Of a stretch of DNA of 64,000 nt, positions 1 through 9,802 are shown piece after piece. The notes beneath the pieces are model-generated. The model saw nothing but the letters and a program-made list of their open reading frames with translations, was not told where the DNA came from and did not search any database. The stretch is from Myxococcota bacterium (GTDB taxonomy: Bacteria > Myxococcota > UBA727 > JAHDBA01): the NCBI GenBank assembly GCA_020630615.1, contig JAHDBA010000011.1:2321-66320 (forward strand), read 5' to 3'. Each line of letters starts with the position of its first letter. Positions within the stretch are counted from its first letter, which is position 1. Position numbers and translations under genes: made by a program.

Positions 1-1127
1 CTGAATAATCTTAGGGTCAGCATCTTTGATATTCAGACCTGCGTAGTCCGAAATCAAATCTGTAAAAGCGCCTTCAGAGTTCACAGGGTCTACAGGTTGA
101 ATCCCTGCTTTCTCGCAGCCCGCAAAGTCATCTTCACCGTAGGCGGGTGCCATATGGACCATGCCGGTACCGCTCTCAGTCGTGACATGACTCGATGCAA
201 TAACCTTAAATGCGTTGGGGTGCCCCTCAAAGTATTTAAAAAGTGGCTTGTATGTTAAGCCGACGAGAGCTGCGCCTTTGCATTCTTCGATAACGCTTGC
301 TTTGTCTTTAAAGATTGCTTCAACACGGTCCTTCGCGAGCCAATAGGTGCCTTCACGTTCTTCGACTTTCACGCGAACGTAATCCACATCGCTTCCTACT
401 GCGATGGCAAGATTGGAGGGAAGAGTCCACGGCGTTGTTGTCCATATGAGAAATGAGATGTTTTCATCGCTTGCGGAACGCATCGCAACCGTGAGCGCAG
501 GGTCGTCAACATCGCGATAATCCGAGTTCGCCTCAAAGTTCGAAAGCGGAGTCGAAAGACGCCACGAAAAGGGCATCACACGAACACCTTGGTAGACGAG
601 TCCTTTGTCCCAGAGTTTGGAAAAGACCCACCACACGCTCTCCATAAAAGGGAGGTCCATCGTTTTATAATCATCATCGAAGTCGACCCAGCGACCAAGA
701 CGCGTTATTGTTTTACGCCATTCGCTTGCATACTTTAAGACATTGGCGCGACAGGCTTCATTAAACTTCGCAACGCCATACTCCCGAATCTCGGTCGGGC
801 CGTTGAGGCCGAGATCTTTCTCAACTAACATTTCGATGGGTAGCCCGTGAGTGTCCCAGCCAAATCGACGCTCAACATGCTTTCCTCGCATTGTCCAATA
901 GCGCGGAACAACATCTTTCAACATCGAGGCGACAATATGCCCGTAATGTGGGAGGCCAGTCGCAAAAGGCGGTCCGTCGTAAAAAGTATAGTCACTTTCA
1001 GGAGTCGTTCCCGCGCGCGCGTCTATCGACTCTTGGAAGGTGTTGTTCTCTGTCCAGAGCTTCAAAACTTCGAGCTCTTCGTTTGAAAAAGATGCTTTGG
1101 TGTCAACGGGTGGGAATTGTGTCATAT
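1..1127 (-). CDS. ileS: Isoleucyl-tRNA synthetase, type 2 (eukaryote-like). N-terminal portion only; the gene continues past the window start.
   Basis: Minus-strand translation starting at the ATG at 1125-1127 reads MTQFPPVDTKASF...EELEVLKLWTENNTFQES. It continues with a TTPWTLPSN-type editing motif and KLWDKGLVYQG...VMPFSWRLSTPLSNFEA. This region is cysteine-free, as in type-2 IleRS, rather than the Zn-binding CxxC of type 1. Confidence 0.8.
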
Positions 1128-1407
1128 CGTCCTCAGAGCCGACAACTTAAAGGTTTTTTGGAGTCAAAGCAATCACACCCAGGCCCATAAAAACGCTCAG
1201 AGCGCATAGTGGAGAAAGTATTCAGATTCACAGCTAGAGATTTTGACTGGCTTCGGTGGCCCTAGGGTAAGTTTCATCGCCCTGAGTGAGCGCGGGGACC
1301 GTCATTTTATATTTTGACAAGAAACTCGGTCATTTGTCTGATGCGCGGGCAATGCCCTTTTTCATACACTGAAGTTCGAAGGTATTTGACACAGAAGGAG
1401 AACACTA

Positions 1408-2021
1408 TGAGCTGGTTTTCTAACACTTCAGGCGCGGAGCGAATCGCAAACCGAGTCACTCTGAGATCTATTGATGATATGAATGGCGATGGAGCTGTTG
1501 ATGCTACAGACCTTGATCTCGCAAGAGATGCTGTGAAACGAGATCTTGAGCAAAGTGGTGTCTCCGAAAACTTTCTATTACGCGCGGACAAGGCGATGAG
1601 TCGCTTTCAAACCGAGATTGTTGTTGCCAGCGATGGAGCGAGTTTCGTTTTTGGAGACGCCCGCGATGGGCAAATCGACGGTCAGATCAGTGCCGATGTT
1701 CCATGGGCAAACGCTGGTTACTTCAACGGAAAGTACCTGGCGGCGCGCGTGGACTATCGTGGAAATATGTCGAAAGGAAACGACAATGGAATGTACAGCG
1801 TCTTAATTCATGAGCTTGTTCACGCAGTATTGAGCAGGTTACCGGATCGTGCCTACAATGATTTGATGGCAGAGAGTCAGGATTTAGTTCGAACCATGCG
1901 TCAAGGACACCACCGAAACAGTGTGGAAGAGGCGGTCGCGACTGCGTACGCGCGTTATGTACACAACGATAACCAATATTTTGAAGCGCTTGAGCCCTTC
2001 TTGAAGCTGTTTCATGATTAA
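1408..2021 (+). CDS. Hypothetical small zinc-metallopeptidase-like protein with an HExxH motif and a dockerin/EF-hand-like DxNGDGxVDxxD loop.
   Basis: The SD sequence AGAAGGAGAA lies 5-14 nt upstream of the ATG at 1408. The loop motif is DDMNGDGAVDATDLDLA. The HExxH motif appears as VLIHELVHAVLS. No signal peptide is evident. The track ORF starts earlier, at 1314, but the internal ATG with an SD is preferred. Confidence 0.5.
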
Positions 2022-2060
2022 GAGGGTGCATGCCCCAGGTGTGCGGTTAGCGCAAAACCC

Positions 2061-2996
2061 TTAAAGTTTCTGGGGCGCATGCCTCGAGTCCACTGGCACC
2101 GCAGCGTGCTGTCCGCCTGCTTGCAATCGTTCACCGACTCGACGTGTGGGGAGTTTTCCATCCGAAGAAAAGAGGCCCTTGCGTGCTTGAAAGCGGGTCA
2201 AGAGGCTATCGGTGGTATTATAAATTGCGATCACCACTAACATTATGATGAGCGGAATAAAACTACCATCTTCAAGAAAGCCGAAGGTCGCAACGCCGAA
2301 TGTGATAAGCCACAAGAAAATCGACCCGAGAAGCTCCATGAAACCAAAGAACTTGTGGCCAAGGTAAATATCGCCGAGGCCTGGTAGGAAGTACGAAAGG
2401 CGTGCCGCTTTACTTGGGTCTTTGACCTCAGTGCCACACTGCGAACATTGGAGCACGCGAGATTGCGGTGAAAAACATGCAGGGCAGAGGTGCTCTAGAC
2501 CCTTTTCTGGTTTCGCTTCGATTTCTGGCATGAGCTCTTTGAAGCGCTTGGTGTCTCCCCGATGCATATTAAAAGTTGCTTTACGGTCAATCATCTTTGC
2601 AGTGAAGCCACCAATAAGGCCTCGTGTCTTGAACTCCATCAATTCTCGGTGACGAATCTGGTTGGCATACGACTTCGGACGCCCCTTCATATCCGTATGA
2701 ATCAACACAATTCGCTTATCGGTCAAAACGATTGTGTTCATATTGATCAGTTGAACAACGGCAGCACCTCCAAAGTATACCTCCCAGAACTTAAAAAACG
2801 TCCCGGGTGAAACATACAAAATCTTTTCATCTGAGGCGACAGCCGCCTCCAACACCGATCTGGCCTCCCTAAAAAATTTCATTCGACGTTTTGTGGCTCC
2901 ACCCTTAAATATGCCGCTACTCGCCTGCCAGAAGTTTTCATCAATACTGAGAGGGGAGTTTTGGAATACAGCTTGAGTCTCTTCGATAATTTTCAT
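2061..2996 (-). CDS. Hypothetical membrane protein with an N-terminal bacterial PH-like (bPH/GRAM-like) region, a CPAC...CSQC zinc-ribbon and C-terminal TM helices.
   Basis: The 311-aa ORF carries a CPACFSPQSRVLQCSQCGT C4 motif. Hydrophobic stretches (FFGFMELLGSIFLWLITFGVATFGFL and IPLIIMLVVIAIY) follow it. The PH-like assignment is by resemblance only. Confidence 0.45.
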   Translation of the reverse strand: MKIIEETQAVFQNSPLSIDENFWQASSGIFKGGATKRRMKFFREARSVLEAAVASDEKILYVSPGTFFKFWEVYFGGAAVVQLINMNTIVLTDKRIVLIHTDMKGRPKSYANQIRHRELMEFKTRGLIGGFTAKMIDRKATFNMHRGDTKRFKELMPEIEAKPEKGLEHLCPACFSPQSRVLQCSQCGTEVKDPSKAARLSYFLPGLGDIYLGHKFFGFMELLGSIFLWLITFGVATFGFLEDGSFIPLIIMLVVIAIYNTTDSLLTRFQARKGLFSSDGKLPTRRVGERLQAGGQHAAVPVDSRHAPQKL

Positions 2997-3455
2997 TTCT
3001 TAATCTTATTATAAATCAAATCTTTCAATAAACCTGTGCAAGTGAGGCGTCCCATAATGGCGCAGTAAAATCATAAGACCTTGAAATGTGTGAAGGGAAT
3101 TCGATAGAATATAACAATGGATAACACATCACAAAAGTATGACTTAAGGTCGGCGATGTGTTCCCTCGGGGCGTTGCTACCTTTGGTGCTCTTTGGGAAG
3201 GTTCTGCTGGTTTTGGGGGCAAGCCAGGGGGCCTTCGTAATTTTTACGAAGCTTCTTTTTCCGTCAACGATTTGGTCTCTGACTTTTTTCGGCATCGGAC
3301 GCATGAAGCAAAGCGCTGAACATCTCGACTGGAGTCACAAAGACAAATGGGTAAACGCAGGGTTATTGCGGGGAAAAGTCCAGTCAGCGAGCAATCAGCG
3401 CAGCGAAAGCAGTGTCGCACTTCCCTATTAGCTGACGTTTCAGAACCACAACGGG

Positions 3456-4376
3456 TTACTCTTCAAGGGTGGCTTCATAGTTGAGCGCCTTCGACATGCC
3501 AACAAGGCCACCTACCATTACACCCAGACCCGTACCAAAGCTTGAGCTTGCGACACCTGCACCGGTTAAGATTCCATCGCGTACCATCGCCTTTTGTTCC
3601 TCTTCGCTGAAGCCATCCCAACGCGACCAATTGTTCGTCGTATCTTTAAAGCGTTGATACCCAACGATAGTGAGCGTCACCCCAGGAACAAAGAAAAGGA
3701 GTCCGCCCGTTAAGACACCAGCCCAATATCGGCCCCGCCCGCCGCTCGTTTCAAGCTCTGTAAAGGTCGGGATGATTGGCGCGAGCAGTGCACCAAGACC
3801 TGGGAAGGTTGTGCTGAGTGCAACAATCGGCATGGATGCACGCCCATCGGAGCCAAGCCCGGAAATACCATCATCGTTCGTCGCAAAAAAATCTTCTTGT
3901 CGGGTGAAATAAAGGCCGGCGAAGGTTCCGCCTGCTGCTGCTGTTCCAAAAAGCATTCCATACCAAGGGGCGAATCCGGCATGGACCATCGACCGTGTCC
4001 GATGCGGATGTTTTACATTTTCTCCTTCACTGAGAAGACGACGTTTCGTTTTTGAAAAGTCGTGTGTACGTTCCGTGCCGGTGTTCTCCTCTACCGATTT
4101 TGTCCCAGCCTGGACTTTCTCGTCGTTCAGAGAGCTTTCTTCTAGGCGGCTGCTTTTAGTATTCTGAAGCTGGGCGTCATCGTTGAGGGGTTCGTTAAGA
4201 TACTTCTCAATCGCATCGTCTTCGGCTTGCGTGGTTGTATCTTGTGCTGCTGCCGACGCCGATTTTCCTGTCGAAACGTGTGTTCTTTCGGCATGAAGGT
4301 TCATTGAAATTAAAAACAAGATGCTCAGCGCAGTCAGGGAGGGCATGTGTCTGTGAGTACGAGTTAACTTAAGCAT
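3456..4376 (-). CDS. Hypothetical secreted/membrane protein with a low-complexity acidic middle region and a C-terminal glycine-zipper-like hydrophobic region.
   Basis: N-terminal signal-like MPSLTALSILFLISMNLHA. C-terminal Gly-rich segments include GTAAAGGTFAGLYF and GLGVMVGGLVG. Confidence 0.5.
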   Translation of the reverse strand: MLKLTRTHRHMPSLTALSILFLISMNLHAERTHVSTGKSASAAAQDTTTQAEDDAIEKYLNEPLNDDAQLQNTKSSRLEESSLNDEKVQAGTKSVEENTGTERTHDFSKTKRRLLSEGENVKHPHRTRSMVHAGFAPWYGMLFGTAAAGGTFAGLYFTRQEDFFATNDDGISGLGSDGRASMPIVALSTTFPGLGALLAPIIPTFTELETSGGRGRYWAGVLTGGLLFFVPGVTLTIVGYQRFKDTTNNWSRWDGFSEEEQKAMVRDGILTGAGVASSSFGTGLGVMVGGLVGMSKALNYEATLEE

Positions 4377-4462
4377 GATAGTGGTATAGCGAAAAGTTGT
4401 GCCTTAGAGCAATCCTAAAGTTTAGCAATCAAAAAGGTGACGATGAAAAAAGGTTGAAAGAC

Positions 4463-4494
4463 GCAAAAAAAAACGCCGCGAGAAGCAGCGTTTT
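4463..4494 (-). terminator. Putative rho-independent terminator downstream of etfA.
   Basis: On the minus strand an AAAACGC...GCGTTTT stem is followed by a T-run (plus-strand A-run at 4465-4473). Confidence 0.35.
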
Positions 4495-4517
4495 GGGGAG
4501 CACATTCGAAGCAGAGC

Positions 4518-5450
4518 TTAAATCTTTTCGAGCAGTTCAGGCACAGCTTTGAATGCGTCTGCCACGATACCGTAGTCCGCAACCTGAAAGATAGGTGCCT
4601 CTTCATCGGTATTGATGGCTACGATACACTTTGATCCTTTCATTCCTGCAACATGTTGAATCGCGCCAGAAAGCCCAACCGCAATGTAAAGCTCTGGAGC
4701 AACAACCTTACCGGTTTGACCCACTTGCCAATCGTTTGGTACCCATCCTGCATCACAAACCGCACGACTCGCACCGATTGCAGCACTAAGCTTATCTGCA
4801 AGCGGCTCTACAATCTCTTTGAAGCCTTCAGGGCCTTTGAGCCCGCGGCCACCTGAAATCACAACACGAGCATCGCCAAGCGCAGGGCGATCGGACTTCA
4901 CTGCATCGAAGCTTACAAAACGCATCGACGAATCACCTGCGTCAATATTGGCTTCTACTAACTCGCCACCAACACCACCGACTGCTTTGTCAAACTCGGT
5001 CGGGCGCACCGTAATAACCTTAATAGGAGATGTAACCTCCACCGTTCCGATAATATTGCCGGCCCACATGGGTCGTTTAAAAGTAGACCCGTCGATTACT
5101 TCCTGAATGTCAGAAGCCATTCCTGCATCAAGTCGTGCTGCAACACGAGGCATGATGTCCTTGCCCGCGACGGTAGCGCCGTGCCATACGTGCGTTGCGC
5201 CTTCTTGGGTGGCGACTTCAGCAATAACTTTGGCATAGGGCTGTGCAAGTCTATCGTTGAGCGCGCTGCTGTTCACAAAGATGGTCTTTGCGGCATAATC
5301 CTTCAACACTGTCGCCGCTTCATTCGAACTTGCCCCCATAATCAGAGCTGTAATCGGCCCCTCAATCTTGCTTGCAGCACCAAGAGTTGTGAGGGTTGAG
5401 TTGTGTAGTTTTCCGTCTTGCACTTCGGCAATAATAAGATGTTTTGTCAT
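4518..5450 (-). CDS. etfA: Electron transfer flavoprotein alpha subunit.
   Basis: MTKHLIIAEVQDGKLHNSTLTTLGAA... is a typical ETF-alpha N-terminus. The C-terminal FAD-binding region PELYIAVGLSGAIQHVAGMKGSKCIVAINTDEEAPIF is present. Confidence 0.9.
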   Translation of the reverse strand: MTKHLIIAEVQDGKLHNSTLTTLGAASKIEGPITALIMGASSNEAATVLKDYAAKTIFVNSSALNDRLAQPYAKVIAEVATQEGATHVWHGATVAGKDIMPRVAARLDAGMASDIQEVIDGSTFKRPMWAGNIIGTVEVTSPIKVITVRPTEFDKAVGGVGGELVEANIDAGDSSMRFVSFDAVKSDRPALGDARVVISGGRGLKGPEGFKEIVEPLADKLSAAIGASRAVCDAGWVPNDWQVGQTGKVVAPELYIAVGLSGAIQHVAGMKGSKCIVAINTDEEAPIFQVADYGIVADAFKAVPELLEKI

Positions 5451-5559
5451 AATAAATCCTTTGATGAAGGGACGTGATCCCTGTTGGGTCGTCGGTCTTC
5501 GCTTTGTCGAAACTTAGGTCTAAACTTCGAAGGTCGAGAGACCTGTAAAAGCCAAAAGC

Positions 5560-6306
5560 TTAAAGAACCTTGGCCTCACTTTTAAGTTTCTCCACAAGCG
5601 TTGCAATGTCTGGAAGAATCTGGCCGGCGGCTTTTGCCGGTGGCTCTTCAAGCCCTTTCATGACAACGTAGTTGGTCGGAGTTACGCCGAGTTCGTCTAA
5701 GGTTTTCGTAGCCAAAGGCTTTCGCTTCGCTTTCATGATGCCTGGAAGTGATGCGTAACGCGGCTCATTCAGGCGCAAGTCCGTTGTAATCACTGCAGGA
5801 AGCTTGACTGCAATCGTTTCGAGACCACCATCAGCCTCTCGTGTTACAGTTGCCTCTTCGCCTTCAATCTTCACTTTGTATGCGTAAGTGGCTTGGCCCC
5901 ACCCGAGGTTTTCAGCCAGCATTTGTGCCGCTTGGTTGCTGTCACCATCGATTGCCTGCTTGCCCATCAGAACCAGGTCAGGAGATTCTTCCGTTACGAC
6001 CTTGCCAATGATTTTAGCAATGGTGTTGGAGTCCATGTCCGCTTCCGCTCTCACAAGAATACCGCGGTCTGCCCCCATCGCCATGGCGCTACGAATCTGT
6101 TGAATTGAGTCATCGCTGCCAATTGACATCACGACGACCTCACCACCTTTGCTCTCTTTAATCTTTAAAGCCTCTTCCACACCGATTTCGTCGAAGGGGT
6201 TCATAATCATGTTCACGCCATCAGTTTCAATGTCGCTACCGTCTGATTTTAGGCGAATCTTAGCCTCGTAATCCGTAACGCGTTTTACTGTGCATAGTAT
6301 CTTCAT
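5560..6306 (-). CDS. etfB: Electron transfer flavoprotein beta subunit.
   Basis: MKILCTVKRVTDYEAKIRL...VVVMSIGSDDS is the ETF-beta family signature. It lies immediately upstream of etfA on the same strand. Confidence 0.9.
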   Translation of the reverse strand: MKILCTVKRVTDYEAKIRLKSDGSDIETDGVNMIMNPFDEIGVEEALKIKESKGGEVVVMSIGSDDSIQQIRSAMAMGADRGILVRAEADMDSNTIAKIIGKVVTEESPDLVLMGKQAIDGDSNQAAQMLAENLGWGQATYAYKVKIEGEEATVTREADGGLETIAVKLPAVITTDLRLNEPRYASLPGIMKAKRKPLATKTLDELGVTPTNYVVMKGLEEPPAKAAGQILPDIATLVEKLKSEAKVL

Positions 6307-6499
6307 CGTGTGCCTCCGTAGTTATGATGCAAAATCAACCACGTGTTAGCGCTGGGTGCGGCTAAAGACAAGTATGAAGAGGAAGTATCCTCAGAATCTA
6401 TTCATTGTCCGAGTCGCCGAGATAGCGTTCGTCGGCAGTTTCGACTGTGACCACGACATTTCGCCTGGAAGACGCTTTTGAGCAGGCTGCTTTGAGGCT

Positions 6500-8557
6500 T
6501 TAGTTGTCGAGAAGGATGCTCAACCTCGAGGTCTCAGTTCCCCTTGCATCGATATCACCGACCGTGTGAACGACAAAAACTTGTTCGCCACTCACGACAG
6601 TGTCGACAAAGAAGCCGTTGGCTCCTGCTGCTGCAAGAACACGGCGCGACCATGAGCCATCACCAGCACGATCCGCGACCTTCAAGTCCAATGTCGTCGC
6701 ATCTTGATAAAAAACGCGCAGACGTGAACCTGTTTTAACAAGCGTAGCGTCAGCCCCAACAAAACGCATTCCCGGGATGCCTGAAAGGTTGCCCCCATCG
6801 TCGACGCTTTCACTACCATCGTCGATGATGGATATCGAACCATCACCCGCTTGTTGGCCCTGCCAAACTTTGAGTTGGTGGCGCGAAAAGTCTGTGTATG
6901 CGATTAGAATATCGCTTCCATCAAGAATAATTGATGGAAAACGCCCAATATCACCTTCGTCTCGCAGGCCAACGCCGTCTCCATCGATCACTCGGGTAAA
7001 TGGTGTTCCGTTCGCCGGAATAATACTCAGAAGCAAGTTGCCTTCCGCAGAATCGTAATAGGCGACATAGGTTACGCCTTGAGACACAACAACACTTGGA
7101 TGTAGGCCATGTGCTCGCGGAAGACCTTCAAACTCTGGGGGGAGTGCATGCGGTAGGCATCCCACCGTCGAGCCACTTGCGTCGGGTGCAGGCAAAGAAA
7201 CGCAGCTCCGACTGTCCCCACATGTTTGAGCGCAGCCTGCCTGGCGAGAGCGGCATTCTGGCGTACCCCCGCTGAGTACACAATCTTGTGACCCTGCACA
7301 GCTGCCACCACACGCATCAAACTCAGCTTTCGTACTGATATCAAAGAACGTCCAATCGCTGTCACTCGTTGGGTTGAGCGTTGAAGAACGTGCGATCCGA
7401 AGACCTGTCTTTAGTGGTGCTGCACCGCTAAGAAAGGTCGCGTTATCGACAAGGTAGGCGATGACATAGGCAGAGTTTTGGGTGTCAACGGTGAGGGATG
7501 CATATGCACCCACCCGTGCCCGGGCTTCCCCGCGTGGGGTGTCTACAGTGTGAACGTCCCACCCGCTAGGGCTTCGTGAAGCAAACTTGAGCGAATGGTT
7601 GTCACGGTCATAGTACGCAATGCGTGCTTGACCCGAGTCCGAAAGGACCAAGGAGGTATGTGTTCCAACATCGGGGCCCGGATCGAGATAGCCCCCGCGC
7701 GGACCATTGGGGTTTCCTGAGACTGTTCCAGTTGTCGGCATTCCATCAACAAACTCGGTGTACAGAAGTTCGCGAGATGCTTGATCGTAATGGGCAAGAA
7801 TAAGGTCGCCATAATCGGCGTCATACGCGCTCACCAAAAGTTCACTGTTCGCAAGGCCCATACTCGGGTAGCGACCAAAGCGATTTGCACCCAGAGGAGG
7901 AACATCGACACATGAACATTGGACCTCGCAACAGGTCTCACCACTCATGGAGTCCGGATCGTCCAGTACGAGGATCCCACGGTTCGGGCAGGACGATGAG
8001 CGACGACAACTCGCATCTGCAGAGTCAGGAATTGGAAAGCAAGTGTCCGTGAGAACATCACAGATTTCGCCCAGTCCACATGCTCCTTGACAGGGAGCTT
8101 CCGCAACGCAGGTCGAGTTAAAACACGCAGCAGAAGGAAGGTTCAACTTGGAGCGACATTCTTGATCATTGGTACAGCGCTCAAACTGACATGCGCTAGT
8201 GGTCCCGCCGCCCTGCAACGAAAGCTCTAGGCATCTCTGCCCTCGGTTTGGACACTCACGATCTTCGATGCATGCATATTCTGCATCCAAGAGACGGTTC
8301 AGACAAATTGATGTGCCACCAACATTGCGGCAAGTAGAGCCCGGGCAACATGGCACATCGTCGCTACATCGATTTTCAAGACATTCGCCATATCGAAAAT
8401 AGGTGCCCTCTTCTAAACATTCACTATCGACAGTGCATTCCTGGGTTGAAACCAGTCCGTCGTCACCACAGCCACAACTGTCAGAGCATGACAACCCTGC
8501 AAAAAGGGCAAAGAGTGTGACGATTCGGTATGGGGCGATCTTAAAAAATCCAGTCAT
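6500..8557 (-). CDS. Large secreted Cys-rich repeat protein with C-terminal beta-propeller-like repeats.
   Basis: Signal-like N-terminus. The first ~200 aa have repeated C..D.EC......C units. Later repeats are IAYYDRDNHSLKFASRS, VAYYDSAEGNLLLSI, ILIAYTDFSRHQLKVW and LRVFYQDATTLDLKVADR. Confidence 0.6.
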   Translation of the reverse strand: MTGFFKIAPYRIVTLFALFAGLSCSDSCGCGDDGLVSTQECTVDSECLEEGTYFRYGECLENRCSDDVPCCPGSTCRNVGGTSICLNRLLDAEYACIEDRECPNRGQRCLELSLQGGGTTSACQFERCTNDQECRSKLNLPSAACFNSTCVAEAPCQGACGLGEICDVLTDTCFPIPDSADASCRRSSSCPNRGILVLDDPDSMSGETCCEVQCSCVDVPPLGANRFGRYPSMGLANSELLVSAYDADYGDLILAHYDQASRELLYTEFVDGMPTTGTVSGNPNGPRGGYLDPGPDVGTHTSLVLSDSGQARIAYYDRDNHSLKFASRSPSGWDVHTVDTPRGEARARVGAYASLTVDTQNSAYVIAYLVDNATFLSGAAPLKTGLRIARSSTLNPTSDSDWTFFDISTKAEFDACGGSCAGSQDCVLSGGTPECRSRQAGCAQTCGDSRSCVSLPAPDASGSTVGCLPHALPPEFEGLPRAHGLHPSVVVSQGVTYVAYYDSAEGNLLLSIIPANGTPFTRVIDGDGVGLRDEGDIGRFPSIILDGSDILIAYTDFSRHQLKVWQGQQAGDGSISIIDDGSESVDDGGNLSGIPGMRFVGADATLVKTGSRLRVFYQDATTLDLKVADRAGDGSWSRRVLAAAGANGFFVDTVVSGEQVFVVHTVGDIDARGTETSRLSILLDN

Positions 8558-8608
8558 ACCTATGGTCTAACGCCTATTTGTTCACCTGCAATGGGTGAGG
8601 AAAGCCCG

Positions 8609-9781
8609 TTATGACGCGGAGCGAATTGAGTCCAGTAGCCTTTCGAGCCCTTCATGAATATGCTCCTCAAGATGCTCTTGAATCGGCAATGATATTCGGA
8701 GTGTGCTTCTTGCGGCGAGCTCAGAAAGCCCGAGTGCTTGTAACCCTGCCGACGGCTCTGGGGCAAGGCCCGAACAGGCAGAGCCAAAGCCGAGCGCAAG
8801 ACCTTTCATGTCTAGCATTATTCTGAGAGCATCGGGGTCAACACCCGGGAATTGGACCGCGAGAGTGTTGCACAAACGCGGATGTTCACAACATAACACT
8901 TGGGCCGCAGGAATTTCGGTTTCAATGCGGGCTTGAATGTGTTGAAGGGCGATTTCGGTGCTTTGGAGTGCAAGTGTATATCGCCCCGCCTGTGTTGCGT
9001 CGAGGTGACCTCGCGCAGCACCCCCCATCGCGGCGATCGCAGTGAAGGGTTCAGTGCCCGGGCGAACCCCTTTTTCTTGTCCAGGGCCAGTCCATGGGGC
9101 CTCCAGATCTTGCGCATTTCCACGAAGGACCAAGAAACCACCACCACTAATTCCGCCGAACTTCTGACCCGACCCACAAAGTATGTCGACTCGACTTGGA
9201 AGCGCCGGGCGCCGCGCGATCCATTGTGCGGCGTCCAGAACCACTAAGGTCTCCTCCTTGATCTTTGTAAAGATTTCTTCGAGAGGGGCGAGCCAGCCGG
9301 TTTCATTGTTCGCCGCCGCCATGTACACTAGATCCACGTCCGACAGGTCGGGTAGATGGTAACGACCTTCAGGATCAATCGATATCATTCGCAGCTCGCA
9401 CATCGGATGCTCGGCTAATCGGCTCAAGTTCTTCTGTAGGGCAGGGTGCTCCGTCAGCGTGCTCAATATTGTTAAGGGTGCGCCGTCATGGCTTTCACCG
9501 CGAAGTTTGAGAATGTCTGTGAGCGAATCGCAAACCCAGCGATGTGCTTCTGTCGTTCCCGAGGTCCAATAGAGTTCGTCTTCGAGACACCCCAGAAGTT
9601 GAGAGACGCTCTCTCGAGATTCGTCCAGAAGCGTACGGGCATTGCGACCATACATATGGGGGGAACTTGGGTTGCCGACGCTATCAAGGGCGCGGGCGAT
9701 CCATTCTCGTGCAAGGGGCGAAGGGGGAGACCAGGCGTTCGCATCCCAATAGATTGCAGACATAACTTTTGACCTCAACAA
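8609..9781 (-). CDS. Cysteine desulfurase-family (class V aminotransferase, NifS/IscS-like) protein.
   Basis: PLP-lysine context SGQKFGGISGGGFLV. Active-site cysteine context LGFGSACSG. Start may be the internal M of MSAIYWD. Confidence 0.7.
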   Translation of the reverse strand: MLRSKVMSAIYWDANAWSPPSPLAREWIARALDSVGNPSSPHMYGRNARTLLDESRESVSQLLGCLEDELYWTSGTTEAHRWVCDSLTDILKLRGESHDGAPLTILSTLTEHPALQKNLSRLAEHPMCELRMISIDPEGRYHLPDLSDVDLVYMAAANNETGWLAPLEEIFTKIKEETLVVLDAAQWIARRPALPSRVDILCGSGQKFGGISGGGFLVLRGNAQDLEAPWTGPGQEKGVRPGTEPFTAIAAMGGAARGHLDATQAGRYTLALQSTEIALQHIQARIETEIPAAQVLCCEHPRLCNTLAVQFPGVDPDALRIMLDMKGLALGFGSACSGLAPEPSAGLQALGLSELAARSTLRISLPIQEHLEEHIHEGLERLLDSIRSAS

Positions 9782-9802
9782 AATAGCAACGCCGGCTTCG
9801 CG

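Noticed and set aside
3117-3431. 104-aa hydrophobic ORF in the 460-bp gap between two minus-strand genes.
   Set aside because: There is no SD upstream (aatataacaATG). The composition could arise by chance in an intergenic region. Insufficient support.
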